A DNA stretch of 64,000 nt from an uncultured Chloroflexia bacterium (lineage in GTDB: Bacteria > Chloroflexota > Limnocylindria > Limnocylindrales > CSP1-4). Both the position numbers and the translations under genes were made by a program. The notes under the pieces are model-generated. The model saw only the letters and a program-made list of their open reading frames with translations. It was not told the DNA's origin and did no database searches. This document shows, piece after piece, positions 63,055 through 64,000 of this stretch; the first letter of the stretch is position 1; each line of letters begins with the position of its first letter. The stretch is taken from positions 590,878-654,877 of the forward strand of contig CAVRJP010000001.1 of assembly GCA_963721765.1 (NCBI GenBank), given 5' to 3'.

Positions 63055-64000
63055 CGGTCGAGACGCGGCCGAAACGAGGCGGGCCATCGCAGGGCGGCCG
63101 GGATCCGGGCGGGAATGGGCCAGATGCGACGGAGGGCCGCCGGGCGGGCCGGGATCGGCCTGGATCAGCCCGAGATCGGCGGGGCGTCGTCGGCGAGATC
63201 GCGGCGCGCCGGCTCGCCGACCTGCGACCCGCCCTCGAGGCGATCGATCGCGCGATGCTCCGCCGTCAGGTCGCAGCAGCTCCCGCTCCGCGACCGTTCG
63301 CGGATCGACTGGCCGCGCCCGGCCTGCACCTGATCGCGGAGATCAAGCGCCGGTCGCCCTCGGCAGGCGAGATCGCGAGCATGGGCGAGGACATCGTCGC
63401 CCGCGCTCGGGCCTACCAGGCGGGCGGCGCGGCGGCGATCTCGGTGCTGTGCGAGCCGCACTGGTTCGGCGGGTCGGTCGAGGACCTTGCCACCGTTCGA
63501 TCTGCGGTCAGCATCCCGGTGCTCGCGAAGGAGTTCGTCGTCGATGCGCGCCAGCTCGACCTCCTGCGCGCCGCGGGCGCCGACGCGGTCCTCCTGCTCG
63601 CGGTGCTGCACCCGCGACGGGGTCTCGCGAAGCTCGTCGGGCAGGCGCTCGATCTCGGGCTCGAGCCGCTGGTCGAGGCGCACGACGAGCGCGAGCTCGA
63701 AGCTGCCCTGTCGACCCGAGCCCGGGTCATCGGGATCAACAACCGCGACCTCCGGACCCTGGCGGTCGACCCCGAACGGGCTTCCGCGATGCGCGACCTG
63801 ATCCCCGAGGACCGGCTCGCCGTCGCCGAATCGGGCGTTCGCGATGCGAGCACGATCCGCGGCTGGCGCGCGCTCGGCTTCGATGCGGCGCTCGTGGGCG
63901 AAACGCTGATCCGCGCCGGGGATCCCGCCGCCGCCGCTCGCGCCTTCGTCGCCGCCGGCTCGCCGCCGTCGGACGTCGTCGAGATCGCGCGCCGGCCGTT
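63051..64000 (+). CDS. trpC: indole-3-glycerol phosphate synthase, 3' end beyond window (possibly longer/fused)
   Basis: ATG 63051 overlaps the trpGD stop (ATGA). HLIAEIKRRSPSAG, VLCEPHWFGGS, LVEAHDERELE, IGINNRDLRTL and AESG motifs. The frame is open to position 64000, so it is missing from the ORF track. Confidence 0.85.
   Translation, partial: MTVETRPKRGGPSQGGRDPGGNGPDATEGRRAGRDRPGSARDRRGVVGEIAARRLADLRPALEAIDRAMLRRQVAAAPAPRPFADRLAAPGLHLIAEIKRRSPSAGEIASMGEDIVARARAYQAGGAAAISVLCEPHWFGGSVEDLATVRSAVSIPVLAKEFVVDARQLDLLRAAGADAVLLLAVLHPRRGLAKLVGQALDLGLEPLVEAHDERELEAALSTRARVIGINNRDLRTLAVDPERASAMRDLIPEDRLAVAESGVRDASTIRGWRALGFDAALVGETLIRAGDPAAAARAFVAAGSPPSDVVEIARRP

Noticed and set aside
1-64000. 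Defence islands, toxin-antitoxin pairs, a secondary-metabolite cluster, or rRNA genes.
   Set aside because: No diagnostic motifs were seen on either strand: nucleases with HEPN/PD-(D/E)xK context, Cas, RM methylase motifs, PKS/NRPS domains, or 16S/23S-like sequence. The only candidate accessory patch (1637-3436) has no recognisable domains.

Overview
High-GC (roughly 68-70% by eye) bacterial chromosomal window with about 60 protein genes, one tRNA, one IS element and unusually repeat-rich intergenic spacers.

Gene content, left to right:
- an edge-truncated lipoprotein gene, an IS110-family insertion sequence, and a visibly lower-GC four-gene hypothetical/lipoprotein cluster;
- a cyanophycin-synthetase-like Mur-ligase gene divergent from an M20 peptidase + RidA pair;
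- a complete minus-strand L-arabinose / beta-L-arabinofuranoside operon (ABC sugar transporter, araA, GH127, araD, araB);
- an F420-type LLM oxidoreductase, an epimerase, a LacI regulator, azlCD, an MFS transporter, degV, gdh, and a Pta-N/DRTGG protein;
- M20D amidohydrolase-panC, tag, and panB-coaBC-coaX;
- an NCS2 purine permease, M16 peptidase-TPR-ndk, lepB-membrane protein-NuoN-like, H+-pyrophosphatase, uppP, argR and greA;
- class I lysyl-tRNA synthetase-serS, an RDD protein and a macro-domain protein;
- tRNA-Ser(UGA) followed by a 1.6 kb decayed integrated remnant bounded by a 55-nt copy of the tRNA 3' half;
- a lipoprotein, a UBP zinc-finger protein, ribokinase and a GGDEF/HD-GYP sensor;
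- a tandemly duplicated pair of secreted PT-rich membrane-anchored proteins;
- a T-box(Trp)-controlled trpE-trpGD-trpC operon that runs off the right edge.

Cross-cutting observations:
1. At least seven otherwise well-conserved genes, including trpE and an M16 peptidase, are interrupted by single-base frame shifts. This looks more like assembly indel error than biology, but it cannot be resolved from sequence alone.
2. Five long intergenic spacers share a vocabulary of short repeats and hairpins. These include a 44-bp x4 hairpin array and two colinear ~110-nt copies of one element.
3. I found no recognisable defence system, CRISPR array, intact prophage or secondary-metabolite cluster.

Lineage guess (inference only): Chloroflexota-like or deep-branching Actinomycetota-like. 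The basis is the class I LysRS, H+-PPase, F420-type LLM and a T-box on trp.
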